A stretch of DNA of 32,124 nucleotides from contig DAOOCG010000001.1 in assembly GCA_035408245.1 (NCBI GenBank), forward strand, positions 30,312-62,435. Direction: 5' to 3'. Positions 24,436 to 32,124 of this stretch are shown here, one piece after another (positions within the stretch are counted from its first letter, which is position 1; each line of letters opens with the position of its first letter). The notes under the pieces were generated by a model. The model was not told where the DNA came from. It made no database searches and saw only the letters and a list, made by a program, of their open reading frames with translations. The stretch comes from Minisyncoccota bacterium (lineage in GTDB: Bacteria; Patescibacteriota; Minisyncoccia; UBA6257; JAGOQP01). The position numbers and the translations under genes were made by a program.

Positions 24436-26406
24436 ATGAACACATCATATTACATAGTTTTTATTCCGGTCGCTCTCGCTCTTTTATACAGTGTATTTCT
24501 TTCTCTTTGGTTAAAAAGACAACCTAACGGTGATTCAAAAATGGTTGATATTTCCAAAGCGATTCAAGAAGGTTCCATGGCATATCTTAATCGTCAATAT
24601 AAAACCGTTGCTGTTGTTGCGGCTATTCTTTTTGTGGTTATTGGTTTTGCTTTGAGTTGGAATGTGGCGATCGGTTTTTTGGTCGGAGGAGTTGCCTCGG
24701 CTCTAACCGGTTATATCGGAATGAATATCTCAGTCAGAGCGAATGTTAAGACGGCTGAAGCGGCTAAAAAAGGACTTTCTCCCGCTTTGTCACTTGCTTT
24801 TAAAGCTGGATCTGTAACCGGACTATTAGTTGCTTCTTTGGGGCTTTTGGTTGTTGCCGGATGTTTTTGGATTTTTGGAAAAGATACCAGTGCGCTTGTT
24901 GGGCTTAGTTTTGGAGCTTCTTTAATTTCAATATTTGCCCGTTTGGGGGGGGGAATATTTACCAAAGCGGCTGACGTGGGAACAGATTTGGTTGGAAAAG
25001 TAGAAGCCAATATCCCAGAAGATGATCCAAGAAATCCTGGTGTGATCGCCGATAATGTCGGAGATAATGTCGGAGATTGTGCCGGTATGGCAGCTGATCT
25101 TTTTGAAACTTATGCGGTTACTTTGACTGCCGGAATTTTACTGGGAGCTTTATCAGCTGGAACAACCGGATCAATTGAATTCCCGCTTTTACTTGGAGGA
25201 GTTTCTATAATCGCTTCTATTTTGGGAACACTATTTGTTCGTTTGAGTAAAAACGAATCAATTATGGGTGCTCTTTATAAAGGATTAACTGCGTCATTAA
25301 TTTTCTCAGCTATCGGATTTTATTTTGTATCCAAACTTACTTTTGATGGTGGATATATGAAAGTCTTTTTGGCTTCTCTCGTTGGTCTTGTTGTGACTGC
25401 GTTTATGGTGCTTATTACCGATTATTATACTGCCAAAAAATTCAGGCCGGTTCGTTCCATTGCTGAAGCTTCTAAATCGGGACATGGAACAAATATTATC
25501 ATCGGTCTTTCAATTGGTATGGAATCAACGTTAATTCCAGCAGTTGTCATCGCTTTAGCAATCTTAGCCAGTTTCTGGTTGGCTGGAATATACGGAGTGG
25601 CTGTGGCTTCGGTGGCAATGCTTTCTGTCGCGGGTATGGTGGTTTCAATTGATTCATTTGGACCAATCACAGATAATGCCGGAGGAATTGCCGAGATGAC
25701 AAAACAAAGTGAAGAAGTTAGAAAAATAACCGACTCTCTTGATGCGGTTGGAAATACCACCAAAGCGGTTACCAAAGGTTATGCGATAGCTTCTGCCGGG
25801 CTTGCGGCTCTGGTTCTTTTTTCAAGTTATGCTCAAGAGCTTGGCAATACAGTTTTTAATTTAAGCGATCACAGGGTTCTTATTGGTCTTATTTTGGGAG
25901 CGGCAATGGCTTATTTCTTTGCATCATTAACTCTTCGTTCGGTTGGTAGAGCGGCTAGTGCCGTAGTGAGTGAAATACGAAGACAGTTTAGAGAAATTAA
26001 AGGGCTTTTAGAAGGAACCGCTAAACCAGAATATGGTCATGCTGTGGATATTGTTACCAAGGCGGCTATAAAAGAAATGATCATCCCATCACTTATTCCG
26101 ATAGTCGGGGTATTGTTGGTTGGGTTTCTTCTTGGAGCAAAAGCTTTGGGGGGGCTTCTTATTGGAACAATTGTTGGAGGATTATTTATGGCTCTCTCTA
26201 TGACTGCCGGAGGAGCGGCTTGGGATAATGCCAAGAAATATATTGAAGATGGAAATTTTGGAGGAAAGGGTTCTGAGGCTCATAAAGCGGCGGTAACCGG
26301 AGATACTGTTGGGGATCCTTACAAAGACACAACTGGTCCAGCGATTAACCCTCTCATTAAAGTTGTTAATATTATTGCCTTGTTGATTGTTAAGTTCATA
26401 AGGTAG
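24436..26406 (+). CDS. hppA: Membrane-integral proton-translocating pyrophosphatase, K+-independent type
   Basis: [47 protein letters not shown]. The [10 protein letters not shown] motif carries Lys (codon 25762-25764) where K+-dependent enzymes have Ala. Confidence 0.9.
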   Translation: MNTSYYIVFIPVALALLYSVFLSLWLKRQPNGDSKMVDISKAIQEGSMAYLNRQYKTVAVVAAILFVVIGFALSWNVAIGFLVGGVASALTGYIGMNISVRANVKTAEAAKKGLSPALSLAFKAGSVTGLLVASLGLLVVAGCFWIFGKDTSALVGLSFGASLISIFARLGGGIFTKAADVGTDLVGKVEANIPEDDPRNPGVIADNVGDNVGDCAGMAADLFETYAVTLTAGILLGALSAGTTGSIEFPLLLGGVSIIASILGTLFVRLSKNESIMGALYKGLTASLIFSAIGFYFVSKLTFDGGYMKVFLASLVGLVVTAFMVLITDYYTAKKFRPVRSIAEASKSGHGTNIIIGLSIGMESTLIPAVVIALAILASFWLAGIYGVAVASVAMLSVAGMVVSIDSFGPITDNAGGIAEMTKQSEEVRKITDSLDAVGNTTKAVTKGYAIASAGLAALVLFSSYAQELGNTVFNLSDHRVLIGLILGAAMAYFFASLTLRSVGRAASAVVSEIRRQFREIKGLLEGTAKPEYGHAVDIVTKAAIKEMIIPSLIPIVGVLLVGFLLGAKALGGLLIGTIVGGLFMALSMTAGGAAWDNAKKYIEDGNFGGKGSEAHKAAVTGDTVGDPYKDTTGPAINPLIKVVNIIALLIVKFIR

Positions 26407-26443
26407 TAACACTAATACACAAATTCACACGAATGACACAAAT

Positions 26444-26474
26444 AAAATCGCTTTTAAACAGCGGTTTTATTTTA
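26444..26474 (+). terminator. Rho-independent terminator after hppA
   Basis: AAAATCGC-ttttaaaca-GCGGTTTT followed by ATTTT. Confidence 0.6.
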
Positions 26475-26487
26475 AAAATACAGAGAC

Positions 26488-26515
26488 TTGCATAACGTTT
26501 TTTTTCAATTATAAT
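26488..26515 (+). promoter_or_regulatory. Sigma70-like promoter of clpP
   Basis: TTGCAT-16 nt-TATAAT, about 42 nt upstream of the ATG. Confidence 0.6.
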
Positions 26516-26528
26516 TCTACTCATTAGT

Positions 26529-26552
26529 CTAATCACTAACCACTAATCACTA
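26529..26552 (+). repeat. Direct repeat CTAATCACTA x2 (14-nt period) in the clpP leader
   Basis: Copies at 26529-26538 and 26543-26552. The adjacent ATTAGTCTAAT (26523-26533) is palindromic. Confidence 0.6.
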
Positions 26553-26557
26553 TCTTT

Positions 26558-27145
26558 ATGAGCCTAATTCCAATGGTCATAGACAAGTCTCCTTCTGGGG
26601 AAAGAGCCTATGATATTTATTCACGTTTGTTAAAAGAAAGAATTATTTTTATCGGCGGTCCAGTAACCGATGATGTGGCTAATGCTGTTATTGCCCAGCT
26701 TCTTTATTTAGATCACGAAGATTCCAAGAAAGACATCCAGATGTATATCAATAGTCCGGGCGGATCAGTAACAGCCGGCATGGCTATTTATGACACTATG
26801 CAGCATGTTAAGCCGGACGTTTCAACAATTTGCGTCGGGATGGCGGCATCAATGGGGGCTCTTTTACTCACTGCCGGAAAAACCGGAAAGAGATTTTCTT
26901 TGCCTAACTCTCAAATACTAATTCATCAAGTTATGGGGGGGGCAGAAGGGCAGGCGACTGAGGTTGAAATTGCCGCCAAACAAATATTGAAGTTGAAAGA
27001 AAAACTAAATCAGATACTAGCCAAACATACCGGACAGTCCTTGGTTAAAATAGAAAAAGACACCGACAGAGATTATTATATGAATGCTCAAGAAGCCAAA
27101 GAATACGGATTGATTGACGAGATAATAAAAACAAAATTAAAATAA
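26558..27145 (+). CDS. clpP: ATP-dependent Clp protease proteolytic subunit
   Basis: [17 protein letters not shown] start, catalytic Ser context GMAASMGA, His in LIHQ. 195 aa. Confidence 0.92.
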   Translation: MSLIPMVIDKSPSGERAYDIYSRLLKERIIFIGGPVTDDVANAVIAQLLYLDHEDSKKDIQMYINSPGGSVTAGMAIYDTMQHVKPDVSTICVGMAASMGALLLTAGKTGKRFSLPNSQILIHQVMGGAEGQATEVEIAAKQILKLKEKLNQILAKHTGQSLVKIEKDTDRDYYMNAQEAKEYGLIDEIIKTKLK

Positions 27146-27165
27146 TTTAATCATTTTCTAAAAAT

Positions 27166-27187
27166 AATTCCGCCTTAGGGCGGAATT
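27166..27187. terminator. Bidirectional terminator between clpP and the convergent membrane-protein gene
   Basis: AATTCCGCC-ttag-GGCGGAATT with T-runs on both strands. Confidence 0.8.
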
Positions 27188-27994
27188 TTATTTTTTGACT
27201 GAACGGAGAATCTCTGTTTTCGGATTATAGAGTTTCAAAGACACATTCTTAATATTGGAAAGTCCGATATTGGGAATATGAAGAATATCAATGAGGGAAT
27301 GAAGAAGTTCGTCACTATCAATTGATTTATTGATATAATCGTCAAAAACATAATCAATGGCTACGCGGTTTGAATCAATGACCGTCATCAATATTCTCCA
27401 CAAATAGACAGATAGATTACCACCAAGAGTGTTACCGCTCTGGTGTAGAATATTAAAAAGTTCTTGGGTATCAAATGGTGATCCGAATGTTACTTCCATT
27501 ACAACACTAATTGTAATACTTACCCCATCCTTTGTTCGTTCAATACTTATTGGAATAGGACAAATTAATTCGGTAGCATCATGATGCCAATTAAGCGGAT
27601 GTATATTACATGGAAATATACTACCCCCATCTTTCCAAAGAGCTTGTCCAAATTCAACAACTTTATGATCATCATTCACCTTAATTAGAAAACAATAATA
27701 TTCTCTAACTATGTCGACTTTTGTCCGAATTATGATGTGAAGACAAATTCCAACTATAAGACCGATAATCATTCCATAACCAATATAAAGAGACGGATTA
27801 TAAGGATAGCCATAAACTAATTCAATAAATCCTGAAATCAACAATCCTGATATTGTAGAAAGTAGAATAACTGGAATGTTTTTGACAGCAATAAGACAAA
27901 ATAACTCTTTGATTCGTTTGGCGAGACTCACTTTTTTCTCCGAAGATGTGAACGTTGCTGATATTCTTATATTATACATCTTAAAATTTGTCAA
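27188..27994 (-). CDS. Hypothetical membrane protein (2 TM plus a ~170-aa soluble domain, possibly SPFH-like); start uncertain
   Basis: The track ORF starts at TTG 27994; an ATG lies at 27979. TM segments VILLSTISGLLISGFIELV and YIGYGMIIGLIVGICLHIII. No catalytic motif recognised. Confidence 0.55.
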   Translation of the reverse strand: MTNFKMYNIRISATFTSSEKKVSLAKRIKELFCLIAVKNIPVILLSTISGLLISGFIELVYGYPYNPSLYIGYGMIIGLIVGICLHIIIRTKVDIVREYYCFLIKVNDDHKVVEFGQALWKDGGSIFPCNIHPLNWHHDATELICPIPISIERTKDGVSITISVVMEVTFGSPFDTQELFNILHQSGNTLGGNLSVYLWRILMTVIDSNRVAIDYVFDDYINKSIDSDELLHSLIDILHIPNIGLSNIKNVSLKLYNPKTEILRSVKK

Positions 27995-28061
27995 CGAATG
28001 AGAGTTTTTGTTTTAAATGCTATAATAAAAACAATCAATTTAAATTAATTTTTTAAAAAAC

Positions 28062-29084
28062 ATGAATAAAATAGCCTTCTTTGAAGCCAAGGGATGGGAA
28101 GCTGAATATCTTCAGAAAGCGATGACTCATGCCGGGATTGAGTGTGATGTTTACAAAGAGTTTTTGAGTGGTGATAAACTTCCTCAAAAAAATGATTATG
28201 AAGCGATATCAGTATTTGTCGGTTCCTCAATAACCAAAGAGGTTATTGATCATTTTCCAAATCTTAAATTAATCACAACCCGTTCAACCGGTTTTGATCA
28301 TATTGATTTGGACTATGCCCGATCTAAAAACATAGCCTTGGGATATGTTCCATATTATGGAGAAAATACGGTGGCTGAGTTTGCTATGGGCTTGATTTTG
28401 ACCCTTTCAAGAAAACTTTATTTAAGCATAGATCGCATTAAAGAACGCGAGGGGTTTTCTTTTGATGGATTGATGGGAACAGATTTAAAAGGAAAAACAT
28501 TGGGAATCATTGGTGCCGGGCACATCGGGCAACATGTTATAAAAATGGCTAAGGGCTTTGAAATGAATATTATTGCTTTTGATAGATATCCAAAACCGGA
28601 ATTAGCTCAATCTTTAGGGTTTGAATACAGATCATTTGATGAAGTTCTCGGGCAATCAGATTTTATTTCGCTCCATCTTTTTTATGCGCCAGAAACGCAT
28701 CATGTTATTAATAAAAATAATATTGAAAAAATAAAAAAAGGAGCCTATTTAATAAATACAGCTCGCGGACCATTGGTGGAAACTGAAGCTTTGGTTATTG
28801 CTCTTGAAAAAGGAATTTTGGCTGGAGCCGGATTGGATGTTCTTGAGGAAGAAGATGCGCTTAAAGATGAACAGGCTCATTGGCTTAAAAATTCTTCCAA
28901 TAATAAAACAAATATGGAAGCCGTTCTTTTCAATCACTTGCTTATGAATATGCCTAATGTAGTGATTACTCCTCATAATGCTTTTAATACCAAAGAAGCG
29001 ATTATGCGCATATTGGATACGGATATAGAAAACGTCACGGGATTTTCAGAAAATGGAATAGTAAAGAATGGAATAAAGAGTTAA
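28062..29084 (+). CDS. D-isomer-specific 2-hydroxyacid dehydrogenase (D-lactate dehydrogenase-like)
   Basis: NAD fold GIIGAGHIGQHV. Catalytic-triad context NTARG ... DVLEEE ... TPHNAF. Confidence 0.8.
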   Translation: MNKIAFFEAKGWEAEYLQKAMTHAGIECDVYKEFLSGDKLPQKNDYEAISVFVGSSITKEVIDHFPNLKLITTRSTGFDHIDLDYARSKNIALGYVPYYGENTVAEFAMGLILTLSRKLYLSIDRIKEREGFSFDGLMGTDLKGKTLGIIGAGHIGQHVIKMAKGFEMNIIAFDRYPKPELAQSLGFEYRSFDEVLGQSDFISLHLFYAPETHHVINKNNIEKIKKGAYLINTARGPLVETEALVIALEKGILAGAGLDVLEEEDALKDEQAHWLKNSSNNKTNMEAVLFNHLLMNMPNVVITPHNAFNTKEAIMRILDTDIENVTGFSENGIVKNGIKS

Positions 29085-29173
29085 TTTATAATTTATAATT
29101 TGAAATTTTTAAACAAACAACTGTCTTCTTGCGATTAACCATTATCTTGTTTTTGGATATATTTATAAAAATT

Positions 29174-29191
29174 CCGGTCTTTATAAGACCG
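29174..29191. terminator. Palindromic hairpin (bidirectional terminator candidate)
   Basis: CCGGTCTTA|TAAGACCGG perfect palindrome, immediately downstream of the minus-strand gene stop, flanked by A/T runs. Confidence 0.65.
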
Positions 29192-29193
29192 GT

Positions 29194-29580
29194 TTATGTT
29201 TCCAACCAAATCATTGCGTCAAAAATATGAATTCTGGTTTTTTTGATATATCTGCGTTTAGTTGATTTTGTTATTTTCAAAATCCAAATCATCAGTGGTT
29301 CCAAAAATAAGAATATCAAAAAAGAGTGCAGAAAATAAAACAGTGTTGTGGTGATGATAACGTATGGGTTTAGGAATACATCTTTTAAGATGTTGACGAT
29401 TTCAGAAATAGTTATCTTATCAAGGGTTATATTGATTCCCCCAAACAACCAAACGATTGATGTGGGAATACCCACAAACCAAAGGGCTGAAAATGGATAA
29501 GGAGGCATTAAATGACCAATTATTATTGGCAAAATAATTGCCAAAACTATTTTTTTCCACTTCTTTTTTAAGAATTTCAC
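29194..29580 (-). CDS. Hypothetical small polytopic membrane protein (orphan, SD-led)
   Basis: The track ORF starts at TTG 29595. GGTGGAGG followed 4 nt later by GTG 29580 is the more likely start. Three to four hydrophobic helices. Confidence 0.5.
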   Translation of the reverse strand: MKFLKKKWKKIVLAIILPIIIGHLMPPYPFSALWFVGIPTSIVWLFGGINITLDKITISEIVNILKDVFLNPYVIITTTLFYFLHSFLIFLFLEPLMIWILKITKSTKRRYIKKTRIHIFDAMIWLET

Positions 29581-29621
29581 AAACCCTCCACCCAAGAAGA
29601 TCTTTGTTGAATATAGGTATT

Positions 29622-30128
29622 TTATTTGGTTTTGTCCAATTTGTTGGTTATTTCATAAACTGCTACACCAAAAGCCACACTAACGTTCAAGGATTCTTTT
29701 TTTCCTTTCATTGGTATTTCTAATACTTGATCGCAATTTTTTAAAATTGATTGGGGAATGCCTTTTACTTCATCACCTACAATCAGAGCTATTTTTGATT
29801 TATGATTTTTTGTATTTAATTTTGTGTAGGATATTGATCTTTTGTTTTGTTCAATAGCTAAAACGGAATACCCTTTTTTCTTGAGATTCTTTATAAGATA
29901 GATTGTTTTTTGAGGTGAGTGACTGTTTCCGATTTTTTCCCACTCAATAAAATCTTCCGCTCCCAAGGCGGTTTTAGAAAGTTCCAAGCGCTTATTACCA
30001 AATCTATCCAATGGAGTTGGGGTAATACCACATAAATAAAGCTTGGATATTCCGGCTCCATCGGCGGTTCTGAATATGGAACCGACATTATGTAAACTTC
30101 TAATATTGTAGAGAATCGCTTCAATCAT
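29622..30128 (-). CDS. SpoU/TrmH-family RNA 2'-O-methyltransferase
   Basis: NVGSIFRTADGAG, LIVGDEVKGI, IPMKGKKESLNVSVAFGVAVYE: the three SPOUT motifs. Confidence 0.8.
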   Translation of the reverse strand: MIEAILYNIRSLHNVGSIFRTADGAGISKLYLCGITPTPLDRFGNKRLELSKTALGAEDFIEWEKIGNSHSPQKTIYLIKNLKKKGYSVLAIEQNKRSISYTKLNTKNHKSKIALIVGDEVKGIPQSILKNCDQVLEIPMKGKKESLNVSVAFGVAVYEITNKLDKTK

Positions 30129-30181
30129 TGAATATACAATTATACATTAAATTTAATTTGTAAAGTTTTATTTGGGTTTTG

Positions 30182-30210
30182 TTGACGAAAACGCATTTTT
30201 AGTGTAAAAA
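30182..30210 (+). promoter_or_regulatory. Sigma70-like promoter of the two-gene small-protein operon
   Basis: TTGACG-17 nt-TAAAAA, then AAGGAGG and the GTG at 30243. Confidence 0.5.
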
Positions 30211-30242
30211 TAACCCAGCTCTTAATCAACGAAGGAGGATGC

Positions 30243-30518
30243 GTGATAAATAAAAAATCAATTCTTATCTTAAAAGTAAATTCGGTAGGACTTAATCCCT
30301 CGCAAGTTGGCAAAAAGATTGTTATAACCAAAGATGTGTGGGGTATTAATATTCTTGGTGATATGTCGTATTTTGTTCAATCTGGGCAGGAAGGTGTTCT
30401 TACTGGTGTTTCTTTTGAAACTCAGATGGATTGTTCTTTAAAAGAATTGTTTCATGAGATGAAAATACAAGGAATAAGACTCTCGGTGACTTCCGAATAT
30501 TTTCGGGAGATTAGTTAA
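30243..30518 (+). CDS. Hypothetical 91-aa protein (first of a tandem paralogous pair)
   Basis: GTG start 4 nt after AAGGAGG. Shares GK[KR]IxI ... L ... VQSG with the next ORF at a constant offset. Confidence 0.55.
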   Translation: MINKKSILILKVNSVGLNPSQVGKKIVITKDVWGINILGDMSYFVQSGQEGVLTGVSFETQMDCSLKELFHEMKIQGIRLSVTSEYFREIS

Positions 30519-30821
30519 ATGAGCCGAGAAAAAATAATAAAATCCGGCAGAATTGATTCTTTGGACGGAAGAAGTGTTAGGTTGATAAGTAGAGTGTTTG
30601 TTAGTCTGGATATCTCTGCAGATTCTGGGAAGAGGATAAAAATCCCCATTCTTAAAGGATTTGTGGGTGAACTTACTGGCGGGTTTACTCTTGTTCAATC
30701 TGGATCAAAACGTTTATCAAGGCTTGATATATTTTTCACCATTCCCGGTGTTTTAGGAAGAATGAATCTAATAGCTTCTGTTCCAAGGAGCGCGATTATT
30801 TTTTTACCTAAAAGCGTTTGA
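30519..30821 (+). CDS. Hypothetical 100-aa protein (second of a tandem paralogous pair)
   Basis: The ATG immediately follows the upstream TAA (TAAATG). A terminator lies 10 nt downstream. Confidence 0.55.
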   Translation: MSREKIIKSGRIDSLDGRSVRLISRVFVSLDISADSGKRIKIPILKGFVGELTGGFTLVQSGSKRLSRLDIFFTIPGVLGRMNLIASVPRSAIIFLPKSV

Positions 30822-30830
30822 TTTAATTAC

Positions 30831-30858
30831 TACCCTTTCTTGAGAGGGGTATTTTTTT
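30831..30858 (+). terminator. Rho-independent terminator
   Basis: TACCCT...AGGGGTA stem followed by TTTTTTT. Confidence 0.65.
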
Positions 30859-30868
30859 AGGGTATGAT
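30840..30868 (+). promoter_or_regulatory. glyA promoter, predicting a leaderless or near-leaderless mRNA
   Basis: TTGAGA-17 nt-TATGAT, with only 6 nt between the -10 hexamer and the glyA ATG at 30875. Confidence 0.5.
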
Positions 30869-30874
30869 ACAGCA

Positions 30875-32119
30875 ATGGTAAAAGACAAAAAACTATCCGA
30901 TTTAATTAAAAAAGAGACGGAGCGCCAAGAAATGACGCTTGATTTGATAGCTTCGGAAAATATAGCTCCAAAATCGGTTAGAGATATTTTGGGATCGGTT
31001 TTGGTTAATAAATATTCAGAAGGTTATCCAGGGAAAAGATATTACCCGGGAAATTCTAATTACGACGAAATTGAAAAACTAACCATTCTTAGAGCTCTTG
31101 GATTGTTTAAATTATCTGCAAAAAAGTGGCATGTTAACACTCAGGCGTATTCAGGGGCAATTGCCAATATGGCTATATATCTTTCCGTTCTTAAACCAGG
31201 AGATACTATTTTGAGTTTGCAACTATCATCAGGTGGACATCTTTCTCATGGATCAAAAGCTAGTTTTACAGGGAAACTTTTTAATACCGTTTGTTATAAA
31301 GTAGATGAGGAATATCGTATTAGTTACGCAGAAATAGAATTTTTAGCCAAAAAAGTTAAACCGGCAATGATCGTTTCAGGTGCTTCGGCTTATCCATTCG
31401 CGATAGATTTTAATAAAATCGGTGCAATTGCCAAAAAAGTTGGGGCCTATCATTTGGCGGATATATCCCATTATGCCGGTTTGGTGAGTGCCGGGTTTTA
31501 CCCGTCCCCATTTGAATCATCTGATTTTGTAATGACTACGACTCATAAATCACTTATGGGTCCAAGAGGAGCTATTATTTTCGCTAACAAAAATTCATTG
31601 ATTGCAAAAAAATTGGGTAATGATATTGTTGCCGCCATTGATAAAGCTGTTTTTCCCGGTCTTCAGGGTGGTCCGCATAATCACAGCATTGCCGCTATCG
31701 CCAACGGACTATTTTTATCAAAGCAAACTCAAACAAAAAAATATTATAGACAAGTTGTTTTAAATGCTAAAACATTGTCTTCTGGTTTGATAAAATCCGG
31801 TCTTAAAATAGTTGGAGGAGGAACCGAAAGTCATATGTTGTTAATTAACGCTTTAAGTCTCGGGATGGGAGGTTTTGAAGCGGAAAAATTATTGGAAAAG
31901 TCAGGTATTTTGGCCAATAGAAATACTATCTCAGGTGATTCATCACCCCTTCATCCCTCGGCAATTAGAATTGGAACATATTCAGCCACTTATCGCGGAA
32001 TGAAAGAGAAAGAAATGATTTTAATATCCGGTTTTTTAAACAGAATACTTATCAAAAAAGAAAATCCATTATCGGTAAAAAAAGACGTTATTAAGTTATG
32101 CAAAAAATTTCCGGTTTGA
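30875..32119 (+). CDS. glyA: Serine hydroxymethyltransferase
   Basis: LIASENIAPKSV...NKYSEGYPGKRYY and the PLP-lysine context TTTHKSLMGPRG. 414 aa. Confidence 0.92.
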   Translation: MVKDKKLSDLIKKETERQEMTLDLIASENIAPKSVRDILGSVLVNKYSEGYPGKRYYPGNSNYDEIEKLTILRALGLFKLSAKKWHVNTQAYSGAIANMAIYLSVLKPGDTILSLQLSSGGHLSHGSKASFTGKLFNTVCYKVDEEYRISYAEIEFLAKKVKPAMIVSGASAYPFAIDFNKIGAIAKKVGAYHLADISHYAGLVSAGFYPSPFESSDFVMTTTHKSLMGPRGAIIFANKNSLIAKKLGNDIVAAIDKAVFPGLQGGPHNHSIAAIANGLFLSKQTQTKKYYRQVVLNAKTLSSGLIKSGLKIVGGGTESHMLLINALSLGMGGFEAEKLLEKSGILANRNTISGDSSPLHPSAIRIGTYSATYRGMKEKEMILISGFLNRILIKKENPLSVKKDVIKLCKKFPV

Positions 32120-32124
32120 GGATA

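Noticed and set aside
29085-29110. Tandem TTTATAAT TTATAATT after the dehydrogenase stop
   Set aside because: It is a two-copy A/T-only micro-repeat and is best read as trivial low complexity or -10-like noise.
30140-30698. Minus-strand ORFs 30140-30331 and 30438-30698 opposite the small-protein operon
   Set aside because: They have no promoter, SD or terminator, whereas the plus-strand ORFs have all three. The antisense products are compositionally odd.
30243-30821. Toxin-antitoxin interpretation of the two coupled small ORFs
   Set aside because: The size and coupling fit a TA pair, but the two products look like paralogues of each other. Neither shows a known toxin (PIN, RelE, MazF, HicA, etc.) or antitoxin DNA-binding motif.
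1-32124. Alternative genetic code (UGA or UAG recoding, as in some CPR lineages), CRISPR arrays, transposons, DGR template/variable repeats
   Set aside because: All conserved genes are full length under the standard code. I saw no spaced direct-repeat arrays, no transposase, integrase or reverse transcriptase ORFs, and no long near-identical repeat pairs by eye. A computational repeat scan would be needed to exclude short or diverged repeats.

Overview
AT-rich (roughly one-third G+C by eye, not computed), very gene-dense bacterial chromosomal segment. It reads cleanly with the standard code, with no sign of stop-codon recoding. I call about 37 protein genes and one tRNA-Leu(CAG). I saw no rRNA, CRISPR array, transposase or integrase. 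Most of the window is housekeeping: mutM, a holA-like gene, rpsT, ruvA, a MurE-like ligase, RNase J plus a second beta-CASP RNase, trpS, secG, nusA, a K+-independent membrane H+-pyrophosphatase, clpP, a D-2-hydroxyacid dehydrogenase, a SpoU/TrmH methyltransferase and glyA. The gene style suggests a Patescibacteria/CPR-type reduced genome. This is inference only, resting on the tiny intergenic gaps, the absence of Shine-Dalgarno (SD) sequences before core genes, a CPR-style T4SS pilin, a cupin-type PGI and the membrane PPase. The most interesting part is the left 6.7 kb. It is a tightly packed plus-strand operon starting with a VirB4-family ATPase that may be cut by the window edge. Four envelope proteins follow: a membrane protein with a GC-rich Ala/Gly disordered tract, a secreted beta-rich protein, a VirB2/TrbC-like pilin fused to a Cys-containing domain carrying M15/LAS-peptidase-like zinc-ligand motifs, and a membrane-anchored propeller-like protein. 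The operon ends in an orphan intramembrane-type histidine kinase. A second signal runs across the window: five small orphan genes have canonical strong SD sites and near-consensus promoters, while about 30 core genes have no SD and several look leaderless. Two of these orphans share the same TTGACAGATAA ... AAGGAGGTTT expression cassette. Another locus is a translationally coupled pair of apparently paralogous ~95-aa proteins. All functional calls come from motif recognition by eye; no database search was possible.
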